Below are positions 12,406-26,284 of a DNA stretch of 64,000 nucleotides, one piece after another (the first letter of the stretch is position 1; each line of letters begins with the position of its first letter). Origin of the DNA: Mustelus asterias (taxonomy: Eukaryota); contig NC_135809.1 in NCBI RefSeq assembly GCF_964213995.1, positions 20,770,001-20,834,000 on the forward strand, in the 5' to 3' direction. The position numbers were made by a program, and so were the translations under genes. The notes beneath the pieces were generated by a model, which saw only the letters and a program-made list of their open reading frames with translations, searched no databases and was not told the DNA's origin.

Positions 12406-14572
12406 TTTGATTTGATTTGATTTATTATTGCCACATGTATTAGTATACAGTGAAAAGTATTGTTTCTTGTGCGCTATACAAACAAAGCATACCGTTCAAA
12501 GAGAAGGAAATGAGAGAGTACAGAATATAGTGTTACAGTCATAGCTAAGGTGTAGAGAAAGATCAACTTAATGCAAGGTAAGTCCATTCAAAAGTCTGAC
12601 AGCAGCAGGGAAGAAGCTGTTCATGAGTCGGTGGGTACGCGATCTAAAACTTTTGTATCTTTTTCCTGACGGAAGAAGGTGGAAGAGAGAATGTTTGGGG
12701 TGCGTGGAATCCTTAATTATGCTGACTGCTTTGCCGAGACAGCGGGAAGTGTAGACAGAGTCAATGGACGGGAGGCTGGTTTGTATGATGGATTGGGCTA
12801 CATTCACGACCTTTTGTTGTTCCTTGCGATCTTGGGCAGAGCAGGAGCCATACCAAGCTGTGATACAACCAGAAAGAATGCTCTCTATAGTGCATCTATA
12901 AAGGTTGGTGAAAGTCATAGCTGACATGCCAAATTTCCTTAGTCTTCTGAGAAAGTAGAGGCGTTGGTGGGATTTCTTAACTATAGTGTCGGCATGAGGG
13001 GACCAACACAGGTTGTTGGTGATCCGGACACCTAAAACCTTGAAGCTCTCGATCCTTTCTACTTCATCCCCATTGATGTAGTCAGGGACATGTTCTCCTT
13101 TACGCTTCCTGAAGTCGATGACAATCTCCTTCATTTTGTTGACATTGAGGGAGAGATTATTGTTGCCGCACCAGTTCACCAGATTTTTTATCTCATTCCT
13201 GTACTCTGTCTTGTCATTGTTTGAGATCCAACCCACTACGGTGGTGTAGTCAGCAAACTTGAAAATCGAATTGGAGGGGAATTTAGCATAGATGTATAAG
13301 GCATAGATGTATAAGGAGTATAGTAGGGTGCTGAGAACACAGCCTTGTGGAGCACCGGTGTTGAGGATGATCGTGGAAGAGCTGTTGTTGCCTATCCTTA
13401 CTGATTGTGGTCTGTGAGTTAGGAAGTTCAGGATCCAGTCACAGAAGGAGGTGCCAAGGCCCAGGCCACGGAGTTTGGAGATGAGTTTCATGGGCATAAT
13501 TGTGTTGAAGGCTGAGCTGTAGTCAATAAGTAGGAGTCTGACATAGATGTCCTTGTTATCTAGGTGTTCCAGGGTTGAGTGCAGGGCCAGGGAGATGGTG
13601 TCTGCTGTGGACCTGTTGCAGCAGAAGACAAACTGTATCCAGGTAGTCTGGGAGGCTAGAATTGATTCGTGCCATGACTAGCCTTTCGAAGCATTTCATA
13701 ATGATGGATGTCAGAGCCACCAGCCGTTAGTCATGAAGGTACGCTGCTTGGTTTTTCTTAGGTACCAGGATGATGGTCGTCTTCTTGAAGCAGATAGGGA
13801 CCTCAGATTGTTATAAAGAGAGGTTGAAGATGTTTGCGAATACCTCTGCCAGCTGATCCGTGCAGGATCTGAGTGCTCATCCGGGTACCCATCCAGTCGC
13901 TTTCTGTGGGTTGACCTTCAAGAAAGCTGCTCTGACATCTGCAATGGTGACCCCAGATACAGGCTCATCCAGGGCTTCCAGGGTGGACGGCATGCTCTCG
14001 CTGACCTCTTGCTCAAAACAGGTGTAGGATGCATTGAGCTCATCAGGGAGGGGTGTGTTGGAGCCGGCAATTTTACATGCCTTCATCTTGTAGCCTGTTA
14101 TGTCTTGCAGACCTTGCCATAGTCGGCGGGGGTCGGTGTGGCTAGCCTGGGACTCTAGCTTGGTCCGGTATTGTTTTTTGTCATCTTTGATGGATCTCCT
14201 TAGATCGTATCTGGTTTTCTTGTATAGGTCAGTTTCACCTGACTTGAACGCCTCAGACCTGGACTTCAGCAAGCAGCGGATATCCCTGTTCATCCATGGT
14301 TTCCGGTTGGGGAACACGCGGATTTGCTTCTTTGGCACACAGTCTTCTACACACTTACTAATGAAGTCAGTTACTGTAGTGGCGTACTCGGCCAGGCTGG
14401 TCGCAGAGTTTTTAAATACTGACCAGTTCACTGACTCCAAGCCGACCCATAGGAGATCTTCCGATTCCTCAGACCAACATTGCACAACTTTCTTTGATGG
14501 ATTCACTCGCTTCAGTTTTTGCTTGTAAGCCGGGAGCAGGATCTCAGTCTTGTGGTCTGATTTGCCAAAGTG
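12406..14572 (-). mobile_element. Rex1/Babar-type LINE, 5'-truncated and decayed
   Basis: ORFs 12568-13497 ([49 protein letters not shown]) and 13877-14506; (ATCAA)n 3' tail. Confidence 0.85.
12568..13497 (-). pseudogene. Reverse transcriptase C-terminal part of the Rex1/Babar-type LINE
   Basis: 309-aa ORF; catalytic FADD appears as FADY; upstream frameshifts. Confidence 0.85.
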
Positions 14573-17500
14573 TCATTATGACTAAAATCAGTCCCACTAG
14601 TCCAAGGGCAGAACTCTATAGCTCTTTCCGCTGGCGGGATCTTCCATTGTTCCTGCCGAAGGCGGTGGAATTTTGATTGACTCACCGCATCTTACAACCC
14701 ATCCCCACTGTGACCAGGCTGTATCATTCCACCCTAAGTGCTGGAACCCACAGGGCCAGGTAGGTGCAAGGTCTTGAAATGGGAATGGAAAGAAAGGCCT
14801 GGGGGTTCAGGGGAGAAGAGATGACAGTCATGATGGTAAGACTAGGTGGGGAGGATGCACTCAAAGGGAGTTCGAGGGGGTGCTATTAGAGCCTGAAGCT
14901 GCAAGGGGGACAGGGTTGGCATTCATTATCCGAATGTGTTAGCACATGTAATGTAGAAAGGGCCCCCTTTCTGTGAATATAAGCAAGAGTGTGCTGATCC
15001 ACTGGAGAGGTGAAACTTGGTTCCTGTACTATTCTGGGGGCGATTTTAGACCTTTGGAGGGGAGTGCCCATCTTGAACAGGAAGGCGGGAGAGGGTGGCC
15101 CAGGGGGAAGTGATGGATGCATCACTCTTACTTTCCTACCTGAGCAGGGTGATCTGCATGACGTACCCCCACTCCCTCACCTCTTCCTGCCAGTTGACAC
15201 TTTATTACTGGACAAGAAGCAGCCATTAAGTGGCCATAAGGATGAGGGCAGGCAAGCTGTCCTCAGGCTCTCCTCCCTGGTAGTGGCTGCCTTCAACCTC
15301 CATGACGAATTCTGTACATTTACTACTGATCCATCTCCTTTTTCCGGCCACTGTCTCAGGTTGAAGCAGTATCTGGAAGATTAATGTGTTATCAATCTGC
15401 CATTGTAATACTCTCGGGCGGGATCTGGAGCCCGCATTCTCTGTCCACGAGGTCTCCTGCGGTCCCACAAGATCGGGTGTAACCCATAAATCGTGAATTT
15501 CTCTGGGGAGATCATGGTCTCCAATTTTCACCACCTTTCATTGGCAATGTCATCAGGCTCACACCCAGAATGGCAAGATCCTGATTGCAATACATTTAAA
15601 TCAATTTAAATCTAATTAAACACCACCCTCACCAGATATTTTATCCCCCTCACTAGATTTTTGCATCCAGATGGGAACTTGTTGCAGGGGTTCCCCCCAG
15701 CCCCCTGGATCAAGGAACATGGCCAGGCAATGCCCTGGCACTTCCCCGTGGCACAGGTTGGCACTACCAGGTTGGCAACAAGCCAATGATCTTTGGGGCG
15801 AAGGTGGGGGGGGGGGGCATTCTGGTATTGACTGTTTGGGTGGGAGGGAGAGATACTGGCTTTGGTCAAAGGTGGGGGAGCCCCTGACATCTCTGTGGTT
15901 TGGTTGGGTGTGGCGGTGGGGGGGGGGGGTGGGGGGAGGGGGGGTGTTATTTTCTTCTTCTGGTTGATGCAGCTGGCTTTACCTGCATGTTTAGGCCCTG
16001 CCCCTCAACATGACCACGTGAAACACGCCCACCTGTTTTTTTTTTGACAGTGTCGGTAGATTTGGAGGGAAAACCGACTTGTTTCTCTCTGTTTTCAGTC
16101 AGACCCTGACACTTTGTCAAATTTTGGTACGATCACCCCCAGAGAGTGACGGAGATGCCAGTGATGATCGGGGTGGGGGTTGGAGAAGGGGGAGTGATGC
16201 CCGCGATGATCTGGAGGGAAGGGGGGGGTTGCCGGGGATGATCAGGATGGGAGGGATGCCAGGTTGAATGAGGCAGTGGGATTGGGGGGGGGGGGGCGGG
16301 GAGGCCACTGATAGCTTTGTGGTGGAAGAGGAGGGTAGGGGGAGATCAATTCTTGTTTCAGTGATCAGGGTGCCCTGATCTCAGTGGAGCCAGCTCCCAT
16401 CTCTCAGAGTCCCCGTTTCGTCAGAGTGACAACACAAATCAAGGCCACTCTTTCCTTTTTGCAGTTAAAGTGACAAGGTCTGGAAAGAAAACTGGCCAGT
16501 GCAGCTGAAGCGTTCCACACCAGTTTTCTCATCAGAACTGACACCCTGCCAAATTCTCATAAGAATCCGCCTCCCATGTTGTGTTAGCATTTAGCATTGG
16601 ATGAAAATGGTGTCGGATACTAAAGTTATCTTTCACAGAATTCTCGAGATATTCAATGTCACAGGTTTAGTAATTCAAAGTTCTCCAGTAGCTTTTTGCC
16701 AGCATAATGCCAGCTGAATCTGAGGACTCATATTGGCTTCATTACTGCTTCGCTGGTGATACTTCACTGGAGTTTGCAGCCAACTCTAAATTAGTAAATA
16801 TTTTAATACAGCCAATTCCACATTTAATGAACGTCCATATAAAATGATTATTTAGTTTGGCATGCTGGTGTTTATTCAACGTGCGATTGTCTCTATTGGA
16901 CTGTTCACTAAATGTTTTACCATATTTCCTGTGGTTTAGTAACATCTTAGTGTAGATTATCAGGATTTCCTGGCAAGGTTCAGTCCTAAATGACTACACG
17001 GTAGTGGATGGCTAGCCAGAAATACAGTGGGCTGATTGTTTGCACGTTTCCATGGTTAGCTCATCTACATAATTATTCATAATTCCCTGCAGAGTTTATG
17101 CCCTTGTTCGGGGAGTGAGCCCGATGGGGAGGATCGGTAAATCACATTTTAGGCGAAATTCAAAGGGGTGCAACTGTGTAGAGGCGAGGTGGTCAACATT
17201 CGCCTTTGGAAAGACTCAAAAGGCGTTTCAGCTCACTGGCAGCCTTTCTTGAGCTGAAGGGGAAAAGGCGTCTCTAGCAGAAACAGGGTGAAAGGAAACA
17301 CAACGCAGAGAAGTCTGCTGGCAAATGAATAAAGAGCTTAGGACCCGATTTCCTGTTTCAGAACTGCAGTTTGGACACTATGATGCTCAAAGTGATTCCA
17401 AAGAAGGGTTGCCTTGTTTGGCACTCCATGCCACACTCCCCTTAGGATGACAGATTTGGAATGAGCACAAAGTATAAAGTACAAGGCCAAAATGATCTTC

Positions 17501-18170
17501 ACAATCATTGACAGTGACACATTTATGGCACAGTTTAGTTGCATTTCAGATTATAGCGTTCTGCACAACCTTGCCACTGGGCTCCTAACAATTCAACAAT
17601 CACTCTCACTCACTTCCACTCACTCTCACTTTCACACAGAGTTTCCCAAAGAAAATCAAGGTGCACCCCTGCCTGGATGAGCAATAGTAAGTGGTGATAT
17701 TTTGTGGCAAAGCCTATCCTGTCTCGCACCCCGGATTGCTCTTTTTTCCCTCCCACTCTTACAGCGCAGGGAAATTCACATTGTCCAAATTTCTACGGCA
17801 TCAGGGAAAAATGGCAGTGCCAAGATTTCTCATTCCCCAAGTGGACAAAAAAAAACACACCATCCTTTGTGCATGAGTTTTGTATCTTCCTTAATGACTG
17901 GAAATAAATATTCGCATCCAGAAGCTGTCTCGCACAATTGGATACCTATTGTGCGTGGGCCTTTCAAATGAATACTGATCCAGTGCAAAGGCTGGGAAAT
18001 AATGGCAAAATCCACATGACATAATGACCATGCTCCTGAACGCATTGAACTATTGCTCCCGGCCATTGCATCTCTTGCTTGTGTTTGCCAATGCTGTTGG
18101 CTGCCTTCATTATCTTTCAAATCAACCTTTCTGCCCCACCTCCCACTGTTGTTAAAATGAATGATTGTTT

Positions 18171-18777
18171 CATAGAAACATAGAAGATAGAAGCAGGAGG
18201 AGGCCATTTGGCCCTTCGAGCCTGCCCCACCATTCAATACGATCATGGCTGATCGTCCAACTCAATAGCCTAATCCTGCTTTTTCCCCATAACCTTTGAT
18301 CCCATTTGCCCCAAGTGTTATATCTAGCCATTGAATACATTCAATGTTTTGCATCAACTACTTCCTGTTGTAATGAATTCCACAGGCTCACCACTCTTTG
18401 GGTAAAGAAATATCTCCTTATCTCCATCCTAAATGGTCTACCCTGAATCCTCAGACTGTGACCCCTGGTTCTGGACTCCCCCACCATCGGGAACATCCCC
18501 CCTACATCTACCCTATCTCGTCCTGTTAGAATTTTATAAGTCTCTATGAGATCCCCCCTCATTCGTCTGAACTCCAGCGAAAACAATCCTAACCTAGTCA
18601 ATCTCTCCTCATACATCAGTCCCGCCATCCCCGGAATCAGCCTGCTAAACCATCCCTGCACTCCCGCGAGAGCAAGAACATCCTTCCTCAGAAAAGGAGA
18701 CCAAAACTGCACACAATACTCCAGGTGTGACCTCACCAAGGCTCTATATGATTGCAACAACACACCCCTGCTCCTGT
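18171..18777 (-). mobile_element. CR1 LINE 3' end
   Basis: LVRSHLEYCVQFWSP...FFTQRVVSLWNSL; TTCTATG tail. Confidence 0.92.
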
Positions 18778-18990
18778 TTCCTTTCCTTTCTCTCAGTAAA
18801 GCCCAGAGCACTGGCACAATATTGGCCCACCTGGTGATCCAGACCCTCCACTTCTCCTACCCCATTCCCAACTTCCCTGCTTGCTGGTTCCAACTACCAG
18901 TTTCCCCACTTGCAGCTTCCAACCTGCATTTCCCTCTTCTACCTTCATGACAAGGTGTCATAGATATCGAGTGAGAGGAGGTAGGTTCAA

Positions 18991-19506
18991 AGAAGAACAA
19001 AGAACAAAGAACAGTACAGCACAGGAACAGGCCCTTCAGCCCACCAAGTCTCTGCCAACACAGATGTCTCTCTAATCTAATCGATTCCTGCCTCTACGTG
19101 GTCCATATCCCTCTAATCCTTGCCTATTCATGTATCTATCCAGATGCCTCATGAACATTGTTATAGAATCTGCTTCCACCTCCCCCACCTCCTCCGACAG
19201 CTTGTTCTGGGCATTCACTACCCTCTGTGTGAAAAACTTGTCCTTTACATCTCTTTTAAACTTTCCCCCTCTCGCTTTCAACCTATGCCCCCGAGTAATT
19301 GATCCTTCGACCCTGGGAAAAAGACTCTGACTATCCACTCTATCCAAGCCTGTCATAATCTTGTAAACCTCACCCTCTAATGTTCCAATGAAAACAATCC
19401 AAGTTTGTTAAACCTTTCTTCACCGTCCATATCCTCCAAACCAGGCAACATCCTGGTAAATCTCTTCTCAACCCTTTCCAATGCATCAACATCCTTCTGG
19501 TAGTGT

Positions 19507-19541
<35 letters not shown>

Positions 19542-20019
19542 CCTCACCAAAGTCTTACCCAGATGCAACATGATTTTCCAATTCCTATGTTCAACGCCTC
19601 AACCAGTGAAGGCCAGCATTCCATAAGCCTTCTTGACCACCTTGTTCACCTGAGTTACCACCTTCAGGGAACTGTGAATCTTCATGCCTAGATCTCTCTG
19701 TATGCTAATATTTCAAAGGGCTCTATACTGTATGATGCACCATCAATCGAGCAAAGACTAGTTTGTATGCAAGAACAAATAGGCTTTTATTAGCAAAAGA
19801 CTTGGAGCACACCCATGCCGATGAACTGGTCCAGACTGAGGCAGGGGGGTGGGGAGCAGTCGCCTTTATACCTGGACCAAGGGGGGGAGGAGTCTCGGGT
19901 AGGGCCGGCAGGGATGTGTCCAGGCATGTCACATATACAGGTAATAAGCTAACCGTGGTTTACCACACTGTATACTCATTTACTATATACTTTCCTTCTG
20001 CAGTAGGCCTTCCAAATCA
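18991..20019 (-). mobile_element. CR1 LINE 3' portion
   Basis: ORFs 19072-19356 and 19377-19571 (LVRPHLEYCVQFWSPHY); (GTTCTTT)n tail. Confidence 0.9.
19733..19967 (-). mobile_element. Solo LTR (Gypsy/BEL-like), 235 bp
   Basis: TG...CA termini; perfect 5-bp TSD CTGTA at 19728-19732 and 19968-19972; minus-strand TATAAA followed by AATAAA. Confidence 0.8.
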
Positions 20020-20559
20020 TTCAAGACAAGGAGAAACTAATTCTCTCAGAGGTTTGTGAATCTGTGGAACTCACTGCCCCAGAGTGCAGTGGAGGCCGAA
20101 TCCATCAACAGATTCAAGAAAGAGATAGGTAAGTTTTTGATGAAAAATGGGATGAAGGGCTTTGGGGAACAGGCAGGAAAGTGGTGTTGAGACCAGGATA
20201 AGATCAGTCATGATCACGTTAAATGGCGAAGTGGACACAAGGAGCTGAATTGCCTACTCCCCGCCCCTAATTCCTATGTTCTTAGGTACCCCTCAAAACA
20301 AATCATTTCCCCATTCCAATAATAAGACCAATGTCAGCAGCACTGCTAGCCCCCCATTACCCTTCCCCAACCCACCTTCAACATCCCATTCCAGCCACGT
20401 CTCAACCACCATCTCTATTACTGAACCAATGAGCTAAATAGGAATGGTGGTGCAGTTTTCATCTTACAAACTTTGTTGCCCCAGGCCCGGCTAGAGAAAA
20501 CAGGGCAGATTGTTGCGTGGTCAAGCAATCTGTAGGAATGCTTCAACTGCTGTCAAATT

Positions 20560-21000
20560 TAGTGAAGGACCTGATGAACCTGTTTTGTCTCCGTTTCCCA
20601 ATCACAGCCAGATCGCGAGGCTGGCCTGTGTTGAATGGTTAGACTACAGCTAGGGTTCAGGGAGGAGCGAGAGTGGGTGTGGAAAGGCTGGGGCAAGATT
20701 GGAAGCTGATGGTGCTGGTGAAAGATCACAAATCGATTTCAATGGGAAAATCAGAGGTGTCAAGTGGAGGAAGATCGGAGGCCTCAGGGAATTATCAGAA
20801 GGGTTGTGGTGAGGGCAGGCAGGAGGTTAAGAGTTTTTTCAGTTGGTACCAGAATGATGGAGGAGATCAGATTTGCAGGCCTTAGCTTCGGGGATCGAGG
20901 CTATGACAGATTTCCAATCTTGTCGGATTTTGGGTTGGGCGGTTCTGGCCATAGGTGACTTGGGTCAAGATGGGTCAAGTAGAGTCACAGCTCACTCAAA
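20560..21000 (-). mobile_element. Old L2-like LINE fragment
   Basis: Purine-rich degenerate sequence resembling the other L2-like pieces; no intact frame. Confidence 0.35.
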
Positions 21001-21198
21001 GCACAGGAATAAACTGGTGCGTAAGCGGCAAAGGGGAGAGGCAGTCAGCTTCCACACCATGCCAATGCAGAACCGAGCTGCATTGTCCAGGTAAGATTTC
21101 GTTTTTATTTTACTCAATTAAAATTGATGCATGGCACAGTCTAAAATGTTCTAGTTTTCAGATAACCTTGGTTTCTGGATAACCAGATTTGAGACACT

Positions 21199-21324
21199 GG
21201 CCGGAATTTTACTGCCTCGTCTGCCCCAGAATCGAGGCGGGCGAGGCTCGCAGAGCGGCATTCTCCGTTGGCCTCAGGTGGGATCTTACGAGCCTCGGGT
21301 GGGCGTGTCAGTAAAAATCTGGCA
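21199..21324. mobile_element. MITE with about 16-bp imperfect TIRs
   Basis: GGCCGGAATTTTACTG ... CAGTAAAAATCTGGCA. Confidence 0.65.
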
Positions 21325-23711
21325 ACTGTAGGGTTATATAAAACATTTCACCCATAATTTAACCTATTTATACTGATTATTTTAAATTAACTTTCACTTA
21401 ATTTCAATCCTCACAATATATAGAGATCCGTTTGATATAATCCAATTTTTCAATCACATTAACTCAGGTCACATCTTGTATTCTATCTTCACTTATTTTT
21501 AAATCATGACTGATAATATTCCAGGAGTTGGTCATAAATATATAATTAAGGCCATACATCCCGTAATAAAGCATGTATAATTTTCCCTGCATAAAACATC
21601 AAATTTTCCACTTGTTCTGAGCAATGTCACACTCGCAAATATATTTAGAACTTTTAAAATAGACGTTTTGAGTTTGTCTTATGATACCTCCTGTTCTGAT
21701 GGCACATTCTGCCATCAGTTTGAACTTTAGGAGACTGGAAAATCCAACCAATGGGTCAATTAAAATTTCAAACAAAGCAATACGATAAGAGAACCATGTG
21801 AATGATAGTGCAACTGGACATAAAATAATGTAAATATATACCATGTCGGTGTGAAGACAGCTTCCCCATTGTGTAAAATTACAAACTTTTAAAATAACCG
21901 TGCAAGGCAAAAGAATTTGTGTGAAAGCATGGTAAATTTCAAAGAAAAAAACTGCAGATAGAATTTCCTTCCCTCTGCAGAGAGAAAGATACGTGGATCA
22001 GCATTGCATGCAAATGCTATAGAACAGCTATTTCAAATCAATAAGATTTCCTTTGGCCATAGCAGAGTGGACTGAACATAAGCAGTTAACCTCCCCCTAA
22101 CCAGTTCTTTATCACACTTTGTTAGTGAATTGCATATTCCAGTAAACCACAGATACAAAAATAATCCTCATTATTTTTCATTTTTAAGTGTTAAATATGC
22201 CCGCACTGGTTAATACTTTAAGAGCCAAGTTAATCCTTGCCTTGATTTGTTCTCAATGCGACCTTGAAAATCTCCATCCCAGCCTCCTTCAGCCACCCAC
22301 GAGAGAAACCTTCCTTATTTATTGATGCATGTGGTGCCAACAAGGTCAAGACTTTCTCTTTGAGGAACACCATCGTTGATCAGAAATTGTTTTTTAATGT
22401 GCAATCTCAGAAGAATGTTAACATCGGTCAGACCTTAACAGGAAGAATGTGTTAAGTAATCGGGAAGACTAACATTGATGATATTATTATGGATGTTAAA
22501 CTGCAACCAGGCTTGGATTATTAAGCATTCAGCTGTTATTGTTCTTTGAGAAATGTTAGAATTTGTGCATAACTGAATTGCAACATTTTAAAATGAACTG
22601 ATCTATGAAAATGCAATCTGAAATTGACTCATGGGTATATGACTGTCTTGTATTACATTATAGGAAAACATTTATTTCAAAAAATAATTTAAAATAAGTT
22701 GAGGTCATTAATTGGAGAGATTTACCCCAAGGTGTTCATAAAGTATGGATTAGATAGCCCTAAATACCAGCTGCTTTAATTTTACTATATGGACAAGGAA
22801 AGAGATCATACATTAAAAAATATATATAGAAAGCATATAGTTGCTTACCACGTTTAATCAGTAATTGATAAATAGTTCAAGGATCAAATCAGGCAGTATC
22901 TTAAAATAATTCTGCATTAACACATTGAAATTCCAATAAATATTCATCCATACATAGCCTGTCATTAGCAAGCTCATATTTCACATCTGGCATAGTTTAT
23001 TTTGAAACAACTTTCAACATTCCTCCCTTCCCAAATATTCTCCTTCCTGTACAATTGCCTCAAATAAACACTTTTCTCCCGAAAGTATTTGTTTCAAAAA
23101 TAACACCTTCACTCCCCCACCCTCAAGAAACTTCAGGTCTGCATTTATTAATAGTCTATTTGACTTTATAACTTCACCTGGGACACTTACGCTGCCCATT
23201 CCGCACCAGCACTGTTGGCTTTTCCCATGATGCATGGCATCACATCAATGCTGGTTCATCACCTTCATATCAACCACCATTTTGTTTGGATTTGGCAGAC
23301 GGTTTTGCAGCTGCATGTCCTTCCTGCTGCTGAATGTCCCCATTTATCGTGGCTGGGGCTGGGCATCATCACATCCTGGCTTACCTGCACCAGTGGCTGG
23401 GTTCTTTTGTAGCCAACAAGCCCTGGAGTAGGACTTGAACCTGGGACCTTCTGGCTCCTCCCCACTATACCAACACTGAGGAGCTACTGAAGCAATAAAA
23501 TGATGGTGGGCCAGACATAAATCTGCATGCACTTACTGAAATAGAAAAGGCCATTTTTTTCAGAGCTGTGAAAACATCAGACTAACCAAAAACTGGTATG
23601 AAGATAGTGCATTATTAATTAACCAATAATTTTTAAAAATTATTCCTGGAAGGACAGGTATAGCCATTCAATAAACTTTCTTTTTGAAGGGATGGAGAAG
23701 AGTAGCAGCTT

Positions 23712-24001
23712 TAAAGATTATTTATTAGTGTCACAAGTGGGCTTACATTAATACTGCAATGAAGTTACTGTGAAAATCCCCTAGTCGCCACACTCTGGCG
23801 TCTGTTCGGGTACACTGAGGGAGAATTTAGCACGGCCAATTCACCTAACCAGCACATCTTTTGGATTGTGGGAGGAAACTGAAGGAAACACACACAGATG
23901 CGGGGAGAATGTGCAGACTCTGCACAAACAGTGACCCAAGCTGGGAATCGAACCTGGGTCCCTGGCACTGTGAGGCAGCAGTGCTAACCACTGTGCCACC
24001 C
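23712..24001 (-). mobile_element. HE1-like V-SINE, alternative (type 2) tail
   Basis: Same head and V-domain; tail ...TTTTCACAGTAACTTCATTGCAGT...CTTGTGACACTAATAAAT. Confidence 0.9.
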
Positions 24002-24621
24002 AAAAATGTTGGCTGAGTTTCTGGATTAATAGTCTAGCGATAATGCCTCTAGGTCATCACCTCTCTAGTTTTAAGCAAGTGGGTAGAAAGGACTTTTCCA
24101 TACATCTCTACGTATTTCAGCAACCATTTTATTTTATCTCTGGATGAGTGACAACTTTTGTGGTTGGATTTTCTCCATGGGGGGGAAGAGGAATCAGGAT
24201 TGTTTTCAGGTCCCAAACCTGCCCCTCGTGGGGGCAGTCACGATTCTCACTTTGGTGAGCCCTTCATTGAAATGCACGTGGGTCCCCTGTCCAATTGGCT
24301 CAGAGGAGCTAGAATGGGGATGGATCACATGAGGGGAGAATTAATTCAAATTCTCCATAGCAACCATCACTGACATTGCTGTTTGTCCAAAGGGTGAGAT
24401 CTGCTGTCAATTGCTTCTACTGCACCAGAGGGAAGCGAGATGTCACAGGAGAACTGGAGATTTGGAACTCGGGGGTAGGGATGCCCTTTGCTTCATTGAT
24501 GCTGACCTGAATGTAGTATCGGAAACCATGAGGGAGAGGAGAGAGGTCCCGTTCCCTGAGGGTGGCAAGAGAAGATCACCAGCCTGAAATAAAGAGGCCT
24601 GTGTTTAAATTGCTATAACAA

Positions 24622-25305
24622 TCTGCATCACATCTACAAACATCCACTCTCTCCACCACCAACACTCAGTAGCAGCAGTGTGTACTATCTACAAGGTGCA
24701 CTGCAGCAATTCACCAAAGATCCTTAGACAAACCCATGACCACTTCCAACTAGAAGGACGAGGGTAGCAGATACCTGGGAACACCACCACCTGCAAGTTT
24801 CCTTCCAAGTCGCTCACCATCCTGACTTGAAAATATATCACTGTTCCTTCACTGTTGAAGATTCAAAATCCTGAAATTCCCTCCCGCTTGATTGGCACCA
24901 CATCTACAAACATTCAATCCCTCCACCACCGGTGCTCAGTAGCAGCAGTGTGCACTATCTACAAGATGCACTGTAGCAATTCGCCAAAATTCCTTGGGCA
25001 GCACCTTCCAAACCCATGACCACCTCCATCTAGAAGGACAAGGGCAGCAGATAAATGGGAACATCACCGTCTGCAAATTCTCCTCCAAGCCACTCACCAT
25101 CCTGACTTGAAAATATATCTTCGTTCCTTCACTGTCGCTGGGTCAAAATCCTGGAATTCCCTCCCAAGCGGCATTGTGGGTCAACCCATAGCATATGGAC
25201 TGCAGCGATTCAAGAAGGCAGCTCACCATCACCTTCTCAAGGGCAACTAGAGATGGGCAATAAATGCTGGCTAACCAGTGACGCCCATGTCCCACGAACG
25301 AACTT
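24622..25305 (+). mobile_element. LINE family 2 3' end with internal tandem duplication
   Basis: Matches the reverse complement of 48930-49400; segment about 24625-24885 is repeated at about 24895-25165. Confidence 0.85.
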
Positions 25306-25828
25306 TTAAAAGACAGATGCAACGCTAGAAGAACCTGGATTCAATGCAATGAAAGGTTCAACAGCCTCATGTGTTATGGGAAGGTTAGAGCAACACCAAA
25401 CCTTCTGGACAGGTCTCAGGATTTACACCTTCCTGTAGAAATAGCACCAGAGGAGCTGCAAGATAAATGCTGCTCTTGAGCATGGAAGGGGTGTGTGCTG
25501 AGGGTACTTAATGACCCTGAATGCCATGGTGCAATGTAGGATCTGAGACACATAATGGATGGGAGGAGACAACATTGGCCACAGAAAACAGCAGTGCCTA
25601 CCCCACTCTCTTTTGTCCTTGCAGGTAAAATGGGTCCAGGAGGGGAGGAGGGATACCTTTCTTCTCCTGCATTACCCTATTGGAACAGACACCAATGGAG
25701 ATCCCCTGAATAGCGGAAGAGGAGACTGTTGGACCCAGGGACTTGGAAGCATGAGGAGGACTTGGTGATTAGAGAGGTCAATGTGATTATTAAGGGGATG
25801 CAGTGTACTCCACCATATCCAACAGCAT

Positions 25829-25927
25829 CAAAAACAGAAAATGTTGGAAAATCTCAGCAGGTCTGACAGCATCTGTGGAGAGAGAGTAGAGCCAACGTTT
25901 TGAGTCTGGATGACCCTTGGTCAGAGT
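25829..25927 (-). mobile_element. Penelope-derived short element (family C)
   Basis: AAACAGAAAATGTTGGAAAATCTCAGCAGG...GAGCCAACGTTTTGAGTCTGGATGACCCTTGGTCAG; degenerate hammerhead core on the minus strand. Confidence 0.75.
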
Positions 25928-26284
25928 TAAGAGCAAAGAGAGTCAGCAGAGATTTATGCTATGAGGGTGGGTTCCAGGCCTCCAGTTCTCCTGTGACGTA
26001 TCTAGACAGGTGGCACAAGATGGGTAGGAAGAGATGTCAGAGGCAGAGGAAGCTGTGGCTTGTTTCCTTCAGAGTGGGAGGACAGACACAATCCTGCTCA
26101 GCTGGGCACAGGACCTCAGGAATCACTGGAAAAGAGGATCTATCTTGAAGAGCATCAGTTATATGCTGAGTTTACTAAGGCAGTTCAGCGTCATGAATAG
26201 AGATTGGAGGAATTCATTCAGCTCATGGCTCAGGGTTTTGAATGCACAAGCTTCTCCATAAAAAGTGTGATCAATCTTGAGTAA

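Larger units (their letters stand above)
18953..20284 (+). mobile_element. CR1 3' fragment split by nested insertions (pieces about 18953-18990 and 20020-20284)
   Basis: HRYRVRGGRF peptide resumes at about 20020 (CAGAGGTTTGTGAATCTGTGGAAC...CCTATGTTCTT); TTCAA at both junctions. Confidence 0.65.

Noticed and set aside
21599-21910. 103-aa ORF in AT-rich sequence
   Set aside because: No motifs, splice support or coding-like composition.
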